The translations under genes and the position numbers were made by a program. Shown piece by piece: positions 1 through 9,814 of a stretch of DNA of 64,000 bases. Location of the stretch: assembly GCA_963850305.1 (NCBI GenBank), contig CAWKKR010000011.1, forward strand, positions 224,001 to 288,000, in the 5' to 3' direction. Source of the DNA: an uncultured delta proteobacterium (GTDB taxonomy: Bacteria; Myxococcota_A; Polyangia; Polyangiales; Polyangiaceae). Each line of letters opens with the position of its first letter. Positions within the stretch are counted from its first letter, which is position 1. Below the pieces are notes generated by a model, which ran no database searches, was not told the DNA's origin, and worked only from the letters and a program-made list of their open reading frames with translations.

Positions 1-1
1 G

Positions 2-358
2 CGCCTCGACGAGGGAGACTTTCGCGACCTGGGCGTTCCCGTCCGCTTCGCGTTCCTTTACCCGAGCCAGATCCACGATTGCGTCTTCGCGACGTACCCG
101 AACACCGCGGGCGCGACCGAGTCCGTGCTCGCGAGCGAGACCTGGGCCGCGCTCGTCCGCGCCCATCCGTCGCTCGCCGTCATCGAGGCGGACCTCGAAG
201 GGCTCCTCGTGTGTCCGTCCGGGGGCGCCGTGAAGGCCTATCGCGCGTCGATCGACGTATGCCATCGCATGATCGGTGCGGCTCGGGGGCGTCGTCCGGG
301 TGACGTCGAATGGGTCGAGCGAGAGTTCGCGAAGCTCTCCGAGGGCCGCCATGGTTGA
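2..358 (+). CDS. DUF5947-like hydrogenase-cluster accessory protein (5' end outside window)
   Basis: Frame open from position 2: RLDEGDFRDLGVPVRFAF...YPNTAGATES...DLEGLLV...IDVCHRMIG, matching the PVxxAF / YPSPAGATES / IDxC motifs of this family; hyp genes follow. Confidence 0.7.
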   Translation, partial: RLDEGDFRDLGVPVRFAFLYPSQIHDCVFATYPNTAGATESVLASETWAALVRAHPSLAVIEADLEGLLVCPSGGAVKAYRASIDVCHRMIGAARGRRPGDVEWVEREFAKLSEGRHG

Positions 359-980
359 CTTTCGCGCGGTCGCGGCGACCGCCATGCCCTTCTCGGCGAG
401 TCCGCGAATCGAGCTCACGATCGAGGCGGCCTCTGCCGAAACGGTCCGGAGTCTGCTCCTGAAGTGCGTCGTCCGGATCGAAGCAGGGCGGCGGCTTCAC
501 GACGAGCGTGAGCGCTCTCGTCTCGAGGAGGTCTTCGGGCGCGCGGACGTCTGGGCACGCTCGCCGAAGAGCCTGGTGTGGACGAACACGACGGCCGTCG
601 TCGGGGGCTTCGACCGCGTGACCACGTTCCCGCTCGAGCTCCCGTGCAGCTTCGATTTCTCGGCTGCCGCCGCGCGGTACCTGCACGGACTCGAGTCGGG
701 AGAAGTGCCTGTCGTCGTGTTCTTCAGCGGGACCGCGTTCGTCGAGGGTCCTTCGGGACTCACGGCGGTTCAAATTCCGCGGGATCGCGAGGCGGCCTTC
801 GGAGTTCCGGTAGCGCTGTTCCGCAAGGCGATGGACGAGCACTTCGCGGGCGCGGCCCTCGTGTCCGTGCGCGGCGACGTCTTCGAGCGCCTGAACGATT
901 ACCGGCGCACCCAGGGGCTGCGAAATGCCGATGACGCGATCGAGCGACTCCTCGTCATCGCCGCCCGAGGTGCGGCGTGA
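351..980 (+). CDS. DUF6084-like hydrogenase-cluster accessory protein
   Basis: ATG at 351 overlaps the upstream gene. Motifs RIEAGRR..ERERSRLEEVFG..W, LPCSFDF..AAARYLHGL..GEVP..FFSGT, AMDEHF. Confidence 0.75.
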   Translation: MVDFRAVAATAMPFSASPRIELTIEAASAETVRSLLLKCVVRIEAGRRLHDERERSRLEEVFGRADVWARSPKSLVWTNTTAVVGGFDRVTTFPLELPCSFDFSAAAARYLHGLESGEVPVVVFFSGTAFVEGPSGLTAVQIPRDREAAFGVPVALFRKAMDEHFAGAALVSVRGDVFERLNDYRRTQGLRNADDAIERLLVIAARGAA

Positions 981-2143
981 GCTTCGGGGCGGCAGAAGCG
1001 ATCGCGCGGGCCCTGCTGTTCGAGGGGTACGTCCTCTATCCGTATCGCGCCTCGAGCCTGAAGAACCGGCAGCGTTGGTCGATGGGCACGCTGTACCCGA
1101 AGCAGTTCTGCACCACCGCGAACGAGAATGACCACAGCTCCATGCAGACGGAGTGCCTGGTCGCCGGAGTGAACCCTCGGGTGCGAGTGTCCGTTCGCTA
1201 CCTGCAGTCGCTGTCCCGGCAAGCGACCGACAGCGCCGCCTCGCACGAAGCCGTCGAACGGCGCGTCGAACCGGAGGAACTCTCGCTCGTCGAGCTGGCT
1301 TCGCAGCCGCGCGAACTCAGGGCGGAGGTTCCCGAGGACGTCGTGGGCGACACTGGCGCTCCGCTCCTCCAGAAGGCCCTGGCCATACGGGTGGTCGTCG
1401 CCAGCGAACGCCTGGACGAAGCGTTGTTCAAGCTCTCGGTCACGGTGGAAAACGAGACCGAAAGCACGGATATCCTGCAAGCTCGGACCGCGGCGCAGCT
1501 CGAGTCCCTGCTCTCCGCGCACACGCTGCTCGCGTGCCGGGACGGTGAGTTCATCTCCCTCCTGGAACCACCGGACGAGTTCGCGTCCCACGTCGAGGGT
1601 TGCCGGAACGTTCGCGTATGGCCGGTCCTCGTGGGCGCACAGAAGCGCGGCGACACGCTGCTCTCGTCGCCCATCATTCTGTACGATTGCCCGAGCATCG
1701 CCGCCGAGAGCCCCGGAGATCTCTTCGACGCGACGGAGATCGACGAGATCCTGTCACTCCGCATTCTGACCCTGACGCCCGACGAACGCCGCGAGGCCGT
1801 CGCCACGAACGCCCGGGCCCGTGAGCTCGTGGAACGGACGGAATCGCTCGGGGAGGATGAGCTTCTCGCCCTGCACGGCATCTGGCGACGCGGGTCCACG
1901 CCAGCGCCTCGCCCGTTCGAGACGGGCGATCACGTCGTGCTGCGCCCGGCTCGCGGAGGGGACGTGCTCGATCTCGCCCTGGCCGGCGAGGCCGCGACGA
2001 TCACGGGCATCGAGGAGGATCTCGAAGGCCGCACGCACTACCTGGTCACGGTCGACGCGGACCCGGGCAAAGATCTGGGCGAGCTGGGACAACACGGACA
2101 TCGATTCTTCTTCGCTGGAGAAGAGCTGGAGAGGGTCGGTTGA
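977..2143 (+). CDS. Conserved hypothetical protein of [NiFe]-hydrogenase clusters
   Basis: ALLFEGYVLYPYRASSLKNRQRW, SPIILYD.P.IAAESPGDLFDATEIDEILSLRILTLT and HRFFF..EELE motifs; GTGA overlap with the previous gene. Confidence 0.7.
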   Translation: MSFGAAEAIARALLFEGYVLYPYRASSLKNRQRWSMGTLYPKQFCTTANENDHSSMQTECLVAGVNPRVRVSVRYLQSLSRQATDSAASHEAVERRVEPEELSLVELASQPRELRAEVPEDVVGDTGAPLLQKALAIRVVVASERLDEALFKLSVTVENETESTDILQARTAAQLESLLSAHTLLACRDGEFISLLEPPDEFASHVEGCRNVRVWPVLVGAQKRGDTLLSSPIILYDCPSIAAESPGDLFDATEIDEILSLRILTLTPDERREAVATNARARELVERTESLGEDELLALHGIWRRGSTPAPRPFETGDHVVLRPARGGDVLDLALAGEAATITGIEEDLEGRTHYLVTVDADPGKDLGELGQHGHRFFFAGEELERVG

Positions 2144-2667
2144 CGGGCCCGCGCATCCTGGTCGCCGGCATCGGCAATGTCTTCCTCGGGGACGATGGCT
2201 TCGGCGTGGCCGTCGCGGAGCGCCTCGCCCGTCGTTCGTTACCGGACGGCGTGGTCGTCATGGACGCCGGGATCCGCGGCCTCGATCTGACGTACGCGCT
2301 CATGAGCGGATACGACGTGGCCATCCTCGTGGACACCACACGCCGAGGGCAGCCCCCCGGAACGCTGTACGTCATCGAGCCCGACGCTTCCGGGGACGTC
2401 GAACCGACGCCGCTGGACGCACACGGAATGGACCCGGGCCACGTGCTCGCGTTTCTGCGCGCATCAGGAGCCGAGCTCCGGCGGCTCCGGGTCGTCGGCT
2501 GTGAGCCGGAGACGTTCGGCTCGGACGACGACCCTTGTCTCGGTCTGAGTGCGACCGTGACGGCGGCACTCGAACCCGCGATCGAGCTCGTCGAGTCAAT
2601 CGTCCGCGACGAGCTTTCCCAATGCGCGCGCGAAGCCACCGGAGCCGAGGAGCGCGCCGATGCATGA
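2140..2667 (+). CDS. Hydrogenase maturation endopeptidase (HyaD/HupD family)
   Basis: ILVAGIGNVFLGDDGFG, DAGIRG, LVD, DAHGMDP, VVGCEP motifs. Confidence 0.92.
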   Translation: MTGPRILVAGIGNVFLGDDGFGVAVAERLARRSLPDGVVVMDAGIRGLDLTYALMSGYDVAILVDTTRRGQPPGTLYVIEPDASGDVEPTPLDAHGMDPGHVLAFLRASGAELRRLRVVGCEPETFGSDDDPCLGLSATVTAALEPAIELVESIVRDELSQCAREATGAEERADA

Positions 2668-2989
2668 ACTCGGCGTGGCGCTGAACATCGTGGACATCGT
2701 CGTGGAACGTTCGCGCGGCGCTCGTGTGAGACGAGTCACCCTCGAGGTCGGCGCGCTCACCGCTGTGTTGCCGGACGCGCTCAGGTTCTGCTTCAATCTC
2801 GCGACCGAGGGAACCCCGCTCAGCGGCGCGACTCTCGAGATCCACGAACTGCCGGGCCGCGCGAGGTGCAGAGCGTGCACGACCGAGTTCGAGCTCGCAC
2901 GCCCGTTTGGTCACTGCACTTGCGGCGGGACGGATTTGGACTGGCTGTCGGGAGAAGAACTCTGCGTTTCCGAGATGGAGGTGGAATGA
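2660..2989 (+). CDS. hypA: Hydrogenase nickel metallochaperone HypA
   Basis: MHE N-terminus, CRAC and CTC Zn ligands, GEEL...MEVE C-terminus. Confidence 0.95.
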   Translation: MHELGVALNIVDIVVERSRGARVRRVTLEVGALTAVLPDALRFCFNLATEGTPLSGATLEIHELPGRARCRACTTEFELARPFGHCTCGGTDLDWLSGEELCVSEMEVE

Positions 2990-3834
2990 TGTGCGGCATC
3001 TGCGGTTGCAATGAGGCCGACCTCGACGGTCGTCAGGACGGCGCGAGCGCGCACGCCCACGCGGCGACGCATGACCATCCACATCTTCACGAGCATCACG
3101 CGCCTCACTCCCACCCCCACACGCACGCCCCTGCGGACGAGACCCACGCCGCTCGCCGGGTTCGCCTGGAGGAAGATCTTCTCCGGAAGAACGCCCTGCT
3201 CGCCGAACGAAACCGCGGGTGGTTCTCCGGTCGCCGCGCGTTCGCCGTCAACTTCGTCAGCTCGCCGGGTTCCGGGAAGACCACGCTCCTCGAACAAACC
3301 GTCCGAAGGGCGGCGTTCGGCGCCAGCATTCGCGTGATCCAGGGCGACCAGGCCACCGATCGCGACGCGGAGCGAGTGCGGCGAGCGGGCGCACGCGCCG
3401 TCCAGATCAACACCGGTACCGGATGTCACCTCGACGCGGCGATGGTGTCCCGCGGGGCGCTCGAGCTCGATCCGGATCCGAATTCGCTCGTCGCGATCGA
3501 GAACGTCGGCAACCTCGTGTGCCCCGCGCTCTTCGATCTCGGGGAGCACGCGCGCATCGCCTTGATCTCGGTCACGGAGGGCGCCGACAAGCCACTCAAA
3601 TACCCTTACCTGTTTCGCGGAAGCCAGCTGATCGTAGTCAACAAAACGGACCTCCTGCCTTACGTCGACTTCGACATCGGCGAGTGCACGGCGGCCCTCC
3701 GTCAGGTGAACCCCGATGCGTCGCTGGTCACCATGTCAGCCAAGACGGGGGAAGGTCTCGACGGCTTCTTCGGCTGGATCATACGGCGGGCCGCGCTCGC
3801 GTCCATCGAGCTCGCGCGGGGAGCCGAGCCGTGA
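2986..3834 (+). CDS. hypB: Hydrogenase nickel GTPase HypB with His-rich N-terminus
   Basis: MCGICGC, His-rich stretch, SSPGSGKTT, GCHLDA, ENVGNLVCP, KPLKYP, NKTD. True start is ATG 2986 or 2989, not 2866. Confidence 0.95.
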   Translation: MMCGICGCNEADLDGRQDGASAHAHAATHDHPHLHEHHAPHSHPHTHAPADETHAARRVRLEEDLLRKNALLAERNRGWFSGRRAFAVNFVSSPGSGKTTLLEQTVRRAAFGASIRVIQGDQATDRDAERVRRAGARAVQINTGTGCHLDAAMVSRGALELDPDPNSLVAIENVGNLVCPALFDLGEHARIALISVTEGADKPLKYPYLFRGSQLIVVNKTDLLPYVDFDIGECTAALRQVNPDASLVTMSAKTGEGLDGFFGWIIRRAALASIELARGAEP

Positions 3835-5195
3835 CCGGTCCACAGAAGTCGCCCGTGCATCACGTCGAGACGGCCGACGACACCAATCTCGTGGACATTG
3901 CCGGCGCCGAGGCGTTTCTCACGAGCCTATCGTCCGCGCTGTTTCCCGCGGGGACGCCGGGCCAAGATCTTCTCACGTGGGCCGACGCGGTCGGACCGGC
4001 GACGGCCGGACCTTCGGGCGCGCGCATGGAGGATCGACTCAAGTCGGCCGAGAAGCGATTCACGACGCTGGTCGAGCAGATCCCGGCGGTCACGTTCATG
4101 GCCGTCCTGGGGGAAGGAGAGAACGAGGTCTACGTCAGCCCGCACATCGAACAGATGCTCGGCTACTCGCAGGAAGAGTGGTTGTCCGATCCGTTTCTCT
4201 GGTACACGCGCCTTCACCCGGACGATCGGCTGCTCTGGAACGAGGAGTTCACGCGCGGGTGCCACCACGGCGGCCCCTTCCGCGCGGAGTGTCGGTTCGT
4301 CGCTCGCGACGGCCGCATCGTGTGGGTCCACGGCGAGGCGCGCCTCGTCAAGGACGAGCGAGGACGGCCGCAGTTTCTCCAGGGCGTCGCCTTCGACATC
4401 ACCGAGAGCAAGCGGGCGCAGGAGATCATGCTGAAGGATGCCGTGAAGAGCGCCAAGATCGAGGAAGAGCTCGAGATCGCGCGGCGCGTCCAGACATTAC
4501 TCTTGCCGCAGAACCCCGTCCTCGACGGTCTCGAGATCGCCGCGGCGATGTTTCCCGCGGACGACGTCGGCGGAGACTACTACGACGTCCGCCCGACCCT
4601 CGATGGCGGCTGGATCACCATCGGCGACGTCTCGGGCCACGGGCTCGACGCCGGACTCATCATGCTCATGGTGCAGAGCGCGATCTCCGCCATCACCACG
4701 TCGCGCGGCAGCGTTTCCCCGAGTGAACTCGTCACCCTCGTGAACGAAGTCCTGTACGAGAACATCTCGCGTCGACTCGCGCGGAGCGACTACGTCACGT
4801 TCTCGGCGCTGCGCTACACGCGCCACGGCAAGGTCGTCTTTGCCGGCGCACATCAGGACATCCTCATTCGCCGCGCCGACACTAATCGCGTCGAACGCGT
4901 GCGCACCGCGGGACCCTGGGTCGGCATCCGCCGTCATATCCGCTCCATAGTGGACGACGCCTCCTTCAACCTCCATCACGGGGACGTTATGGTCCTCTTC
5001 ACCGACGGCGTCCTCGAAGCCGCGAATCGAGACGGCCAGCTCTTCGACGTCGACCGACTGTGTGCTGCGGTCGAAGAAGCCGGCGACATCAGACCCGCCG
5101 AACTCCGCGACCAGGTCGTCGACAAGGTCCAGCGCTGGACGCACCAGCAAGAAGACGACATCACGCTGATCGTCGCGAGGTACTCGAATCGGTGA
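3831..5195 (+). CDS. PAS(PAC) + SpoIIE/PP2C protein phosphatase
   Basis: GTG at 3831 overlaps the hypB stop. PAS_3 (YVSPHIEQMLGY..LHPDDR..GRIVWV..DITE); PP2C motifs VGGDYYD, IGDVSGHG, FTDGV, EDDITL. Confidence 0.9.
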   Translation: MTGPQKSPVHHVETADDTNLVDIAGAEAFLTSLSSALFPAGTPGQDLLTWADAVGPATAGPSGARMEDRLKSAEKRFTTLVEQIPAVTFMAVLGEGENEVYVSPHIEQMLGYSQEEWLSDPFLWYTRLHPDDRLLWNEEFTRGCHHGGPFRAECRFVARDGRIVWVHGEARLVKDERGRPQFLQGVAFDITESKRAQEIMLKDAVKSAKIEEELEIARRVQTLLLPQNPVLDGLEIAAAMFPADDVGGDYYDVRPTLDGGWITIGDVSGHGLDAGLIMLMVQSAISAITTSRGSVSPSELVTLVNEVLYENISRRLARSDYVTFSALRYTRHGKVVFAGAHQDILIRRADTNRVERVRTAGPWVGIRRHIRSIVDDASFNLHHGDVMVLFTDGVLEAANRDGQLFDVDRLCAAVEEAGDIRPAELRDQVVDKVQRWTHQQEDDITLIVARYSNR

Positions 5196-5637
5196 TCTTC
5201 GACGAGTGACGCGCTGATCTCGACCGGTGATGCACTGACCTCGACGGGGGTGGAATCCTCGAAACGCGGGGGCGGGCTCTTCGACAGCCGTCGCGCTGGG
5301 CTTCGGCGCCTTTGCCGTCCTTGAGCTCGACCCATGCAGAGACCGGAGAAACGATGGTGCATCGGGGCACCCGGCCGCACTGCGGTGCTGGTGCGCCTTC
5401 GTGACGGCGCTCCGGACGGACCCGCGCGTCTTCCACTGGCCTCTTCGGCGAGGGATCCGGCGCGATCCGCAGCAGGAAGTCCGCGATGGCAGCGCTGCGG
5501 GCCGTGATGCCGCGCGCCCTTGCCGCCTCCTGATATTCCTGACGGCTCTGTGCGCTCTTCGCGTATTCCTCACCTTCCGTAACTGGGCGACTTGCAGCAA
5601 TGGTTCGCCGACCCGCATACTCCCCGATCGGTTCTAC

Positions 5638-6406
5638 ATGCAGTCTCGGGCGGCGTCGAAAGCGCGTGGGGTGAGGCTCGCCCTCCCGTGGTGCTTCTTG
5701 TTTGGGGGCACGCTCATCGGCCGGGTTGCCCGGGCAACAGAGGATGAGCCGGCACAGACGGAGTGGTACGGCGCGCCCATCCTCCTCGGCGGTGGCGTGG
5801 CGGGCGCGGCGTTAGTTTAGGAGTTCCGCACCAACGAGCAGCGTCGTCCCCGAGGGATCAAAGAGGTGCGGAACTACGCGAGCGGAGCGAGCCCGCCGAA
5901 GGCGGCGGGGGAGCGGTCGCGAAGCGAGCCGCGGGGGCAAGGCCCCCGTTCCTAAGGCCGAGGCCATTCTTGCACTCGAAGGACACTCGGTTCCGGCCTA
6001 TGCCGTCCTGCCGACGCTGGCGCTCTATCTGGGAACCGGTCTGGTCGTTCACGGAATGCATCACGAACCCGGACGCGCCGTGGCGAGCGTCGGTATCGAT
6101 CTGATAACACCAGTGATCGGTGTTTCGATTGCATCGATGGCAATTCTGTTTGCGAGCGACTGTGACAACGGCTTGCCTCACGCAGACGAGTCGCAGCCCA
6201 GATGCTCGGTCGTGGTACCCCTGACCATCCTGGAGCTCGGCTTCATCGCTGGCCCTGTCTTCGACGGCGCGCTCGTCGCGCAGCGCCGCGTGAGACCCGC
6301 GGAACCCAGGGCGACCGACAGCGGTTTGCGGTGGACGCCGTGGTTCCTTCCCACCTACGAGCAGCGTCGCCAGGGCGCCGTCCTGGGCATATCGGGGGCG
6401 TTCTGA
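5638..6406 (+). pseudogene. Secreted/membrane protein (myxobacterial WYG..VHG..H type) interrupted by a 139-bp insertion
   Basis: The N-part (signal peptide, EWYGAPILL) stops at TAG 5818-5820; the C-part in another frame runs to 6406. Deleting 5817-5955 gives a continuous 209-aa ORF. Confidence 0.65.
5817..5955. mobile_element. MITE/REP-like palindromic insertion
   Basis: Bounded by TTAGGA/TCCTAA inverted ends. Internal 11-bp IR AGTTCCGCACC/GGTGCGGAACT; contains the GNA-triloop repeat core (5907-5938) and a GGGGGC-AAG-GCCCCC hairpin. Confidence 0.6.
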
Positions 6407-6464
6407 GCGTGACCACGACAGCACCCGTTCGACCTCGAGCTCGACGGCGTTTCACTTCGATGTC

Positions 6465-7046
6465 TCACACGGCAAGGACGGACTCGAGCTTCGCCTTCAG
6501 ATCCTGGTCTCGGTGAAACCCGCGTTCGGTGATCCGCGCGAGGTGCGCTCGCACGACGTCGAGATCCAGGTCGGGAACGAACTGGATCAACCGCTGCGCG
6601 TCCAATCGATCCTGCAAGCGTGTTTCGCTCATGCTGAGGATCTTCATGGCAAGGAGCTCCTCGGCACTCGCAACGGGGACCCTCCCCGCACCCTGCATGT
6701 CGACGATGGACGCCGCGGCGATGATCTCGCTCTCGATGCCCGAACTCGCAAACAGGAGGTCGATCTTCACACCGTGCGGCGAGAGCAACCGAATCGTCGC
6801 GAGACGGTGCCGCGTCTCGTGCTCGACGCTTGCGACCGGCGCGTATCCTGCGGCGCGAAGCTCGTACACCAAGGCTTCAGCGTCCGCGTCGTCGATCACG
6901 CCGACGGCGAGATCGATATCCCGAGTGAAGCGGATCTCGGCGCGGACCGAGACCGCCAGACCGCCGACCAGTGCAAACGCTCTCCGCCTGTCCGTCAACT
7001 CCTTGCAGATCGCGCGAACCGCGAACTCTGGCACTGGCTCAGTCAT
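6465..7046 (-). CDS. Nucleotidyltransferase toxin, MenT1 (Rv0078A)-like, AbiEii/DUF1814 superfamily
   Basis: ALVGGLAVSVRAEIRFTRDID, SVEH...RLA, DLLFASSGIE, LLAMK, QDRLD and RGFHRDQDL mirror MenT1 along its length. Confidence 0.85.
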   Translation of the reverse strand: MTEPVPEFAVRAICKELTDRRRAFALVGGLAVSVRAEIRFTRDIDLAVGVIDDADAEALVYELRAAGYAPVASVEHETRHRLATIRLLSPHGVKIDLLFASSGIESEIIAAASIVDMQGAGRVPVASAEELLAMKILSMSETRLQDRLDAQRLIQFVPDLDLDVVRAHLARITERGFHRDQDLKAKLESVLAV

Positions 7047-7230
7047 CGTGCGTGAGCCAGGCCATCAAGAGCCGATCGATGACCGACTCGCTCGCGTCGG
7101 GGAATTGTCGGCGCAAGTTCCCGCGCTTCAGGCGGATCCCGGTCGACATCATTTCGAGCGCTTGCGCGAGCTTCTCCCCGGGGCTGAGCCGTCGGGCGAG
7201 CTCGCGATCGTTGGCTTCCAGCGCGTCCAC
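7039..7230 (-). CDS. Small helical antitoxin, MenA1 (Rv0078B)-like
   Basis: 63 aa, EKLAQALEM..G..LKR.NLRR..P.A...I...L.AW; overlaps the toxin start by 8 nt. Confidence 0.75.
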   Translation of the reverse strand: MDALEANDRELARRLSPGEKLAQALEMMSTGIRLKRGNLRRQFPDASESVIDRLLMAWLTHDD

Positions 7231-7236
7231 GCGGTC

Positions 7237-7245
7237 ATCGTACCA
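7237..7245 (-). promoter_or_regulatory. Extended -10 (TGGTACGAT) for a probably leaderless TA transcript
   Basis: TG-n-TACGAT lies 6 nt upstream of the GTG at 7230, with no Shine-Dalgarno. Confidence 0.45.
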
Positions 7246-7255
7246 TAGCGCCGCC

Positions 7256-8242
7256 CTACCGAGCCGGCACGGTCGGCAAGTAGTCGTCGATCGGAGGCGC
7301 GTGCTCCACGATGCCGAGGTCGACGAGCTCCGTCGCGAGCGTCTCCCAGCGTTCGCGAGTCATCGAGCCGAGGCCGCGCGCGCCGTCGGGGCCCTCGATG
7401 AGGGGCTTTTCCGCGGCGGCCGCGGCGGCGAAGGTCTGGGCGTCCATCGTGGGGTTGAGCTTCTGCATGACGGCGTTCGTGCTGGCGGGGTTCGTGAGGT
7501 AGGTCGCCCATCCCTCTCGCGCGGAGTCGACGAAGGCTCTCACCGTGCCGGCGTGGCCGGTGAAGAAGGAGCGTTTCGACGATGACGACGCCGAGGTACG
7601 GGTCGAAGCCCTCGTCCGCGATGAGGAAGACCTGCGGGTCGCTGCCCTTCTTCCTCGCGGCGAGCGGCTCGCTGGTGACGAAGCACTGCTGGGCGAAGTC
7701 CTTGTCGGCCAGGAAGCGCGCGACGCCGCCGTCGTAGGGGACGACCTTCAGCTTTCGAAGCCGTACTTCTTCTTGAGGACGACGGCGTACGGGAGGCCGG
7801 GCTCGATCGCGAGCGTGCCGACCGTGAGCGCCTCGCCGAGCGTCCGGCGCCGCGGGAGGCGTGGGCCATGATGCCCTGCGGCGAGGTCTGGAACGTCGCG
7901 AAGACGGGCACGACGTCGGCGCCGCGCGCGCGCGCGATGAGGACTTCGTCGGCGCCGGCGACGCCGAAGTCGACCTTGCCGGACGCGACCATCTGCACGA
8001 CGGGCACGCCCGCGCCGCCGCCCTGGATCTCGACGTCGAGCCCCTGCTTCCGGAACGCGCCGGCCTCGCGCGCGGCGTAGAAGCCGCCGAACTCGGGCTC
8101 GGGCACCCAGTCGAGCGCGAGGACGCATCCCGCTCCCTGGGCTGCCGGGTTTCGGGGGCTCCTCTTCGAGCAGCCGGGGAGCGTGAGGGCGAGCGAGGCA
8201 GACGGCGAGGAGAATCGCGGAGACGAGCTTCGTTGGTTTCAT
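7256..8242 (-). CDS. ABC transporter substrate-binding protein, NMT1/THI5-like (several indels)
   Basis: MKPTKLVSAILL signal; PEPEFGGFYAA..G.F...GLDVEI.GG, QTSPQGIM, QQCFVTSEP spread across frames. Confidence 0.75.
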
Positions 8243-9018
8243 CGCGCGTCGCTTGCGGAGGGGTGCCAGCGCCGGAGCAGGAGGTGCCCCGCGAGGTTGA
8301 CGGCGCCGAAGAGCAAGAGGCCGAGGAGGGACGCAGAAGAGCACGGCCGCGAAGAGCAGGTCCGTGTCGAGCTGGCGGTACGCCGCGAGGACGGTGATGC
8401 CCGAGGCCCGCGGCGAGCCCGAGAAGCCGGCGACGAACTCCCCGACGATGGTGCCGATGACCGCGAGGCCCGAGGCGACGCGCAGGCCGGTAGATGCATC
8501 TGGGAGCGACGCCGGTAGCTCGAGCTTCAGCAGCATGGCGAGACGCGGCGCGCGCCGTAGAGGCGGAAGAGGTCTCGCAGCGCGGGATCGACGGAGCGGA
8601 GGCCGGCGAGCGTGCTCGCGATGACCGGGAAGACGGAGACGATGAGCGCCGAGACGGCCACCGCGCGCAGGCCCGGGCCGAACCAGAGCACGAGGAGCGG
8701 CGCGATGGCGACGATGGGCACGGTCTGGAGGAAGACGGTGTACGGGTAGAGCGCGCGCTCGAGCGTCCGCGAGGAGGCGAGCAGCGACGCCGACGAGCAC
8801 GCCGAGCACGGCGCTGAGCACGAAGCCGGAGAGCGCGGCGCTGCCGGTGACCCAGGCCGCGCGCGACGAGCGCGCCGGCGTCGACGCGCGGCCGGCGACG
8901 GCGCTCGGGGGCGGCAGGAGGTAGGCGCGGCATGGCGAAGGCCCGGACGAGGGACTCCCAGACCGGCGAGCAGGAGCGGCGAGGGCGATCGAGCGGCGGA
9001 ACGACGGGAGCGGGCCAC
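8239..9018 (-). CDS. NitT/TauT-family ABC permease (several indels)
   Basis: LYPYTVFLQTVPIVAIAPLL..WFGPG, KLELPASLP, GLAVIGTIVGEF across frames. Start approximate. Confidence 0.75.
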
Positions 9019-9019
9019 G

Positions 9020-9814
9020 TCAGGCGCCTCCCCGCTCGAGGCGCCTCGGAGAGGACGCGCGTCTCGCGGGCGAAGGCCGGCTCGGTGCGCAGCGCGTCGT
9101 GCGCTCGCGCGGCAGGTCGATGCGGCGCTCGGCGACGACCCGCGCCGGGCGCGCGGAGAAGACGACCGCGCGCTCGGCGAGGTACGCCGCCTCGTCGATG
9201 GAGTGGGTGACGAAGAGCACGGTCAAACCGAGTCGCGAGCCAGAGCTCGCGGAGCTGGTCGTCGAGGCGCTGCGCGGGTGAGCTCGTCGAGCGCGGCGAA
9301 GGGCTCGTCGAGCAGGAGCAGGCGCGGGCGCGTGACGAGGGCCCGCGCGAGCGAGACGCGCATCCGCATGCCGCCGGAGAGCTCGCCGGGGCATCCGGGG
9401 TGCGCGTCGGCGAGGCCCACCTCGGCGAGCAGCGGCGCGCGCGTCGCGCCGCGCTCACCGGTCGCCACGCCCGCGAGCTCGAGCGGGAGCGCGACGTTGG
9501 CGAGCACGGTGCGCCACGGGAGCAGGTGCGCGTCCTGGAAGACGAACGCCACGCGTCCGCCCGCGGGCCGCCTTCGAGCGTCATCGTGCCGGCGTCGGCG
9601 CGAGTCGAGGCCCGGCGACGAGCCGGAGGAGCGTCGACTTGCCGCAACCCGACGGCCCGAGCAGCGCGACGAACGCACCCGCCGCAACTTCGAGATCGAG
9701 TCCATCGAGCACGATGCCACCGGCGAACGCCTTGACGAGACCCGACGCGCGGACGTGTACGCCTCTCCGACTCGCAGAGACTCTCGACGGATCGACATGG
9801 CTTGCGGCGCTCAT
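9020..9814 (-). CDS. NitT/TauT-family ABC ATPase (several indels)
   Basis: [51 protein letters not shown]. Confidence 0.85.

Noticed and set aside
7500..9650. Heavily fragmented ABC transporter operon as a decaying locus
   Set aside because: Indels are dense but codon bias and motifs are pristine, consistent with a low-coverage assembly segment.
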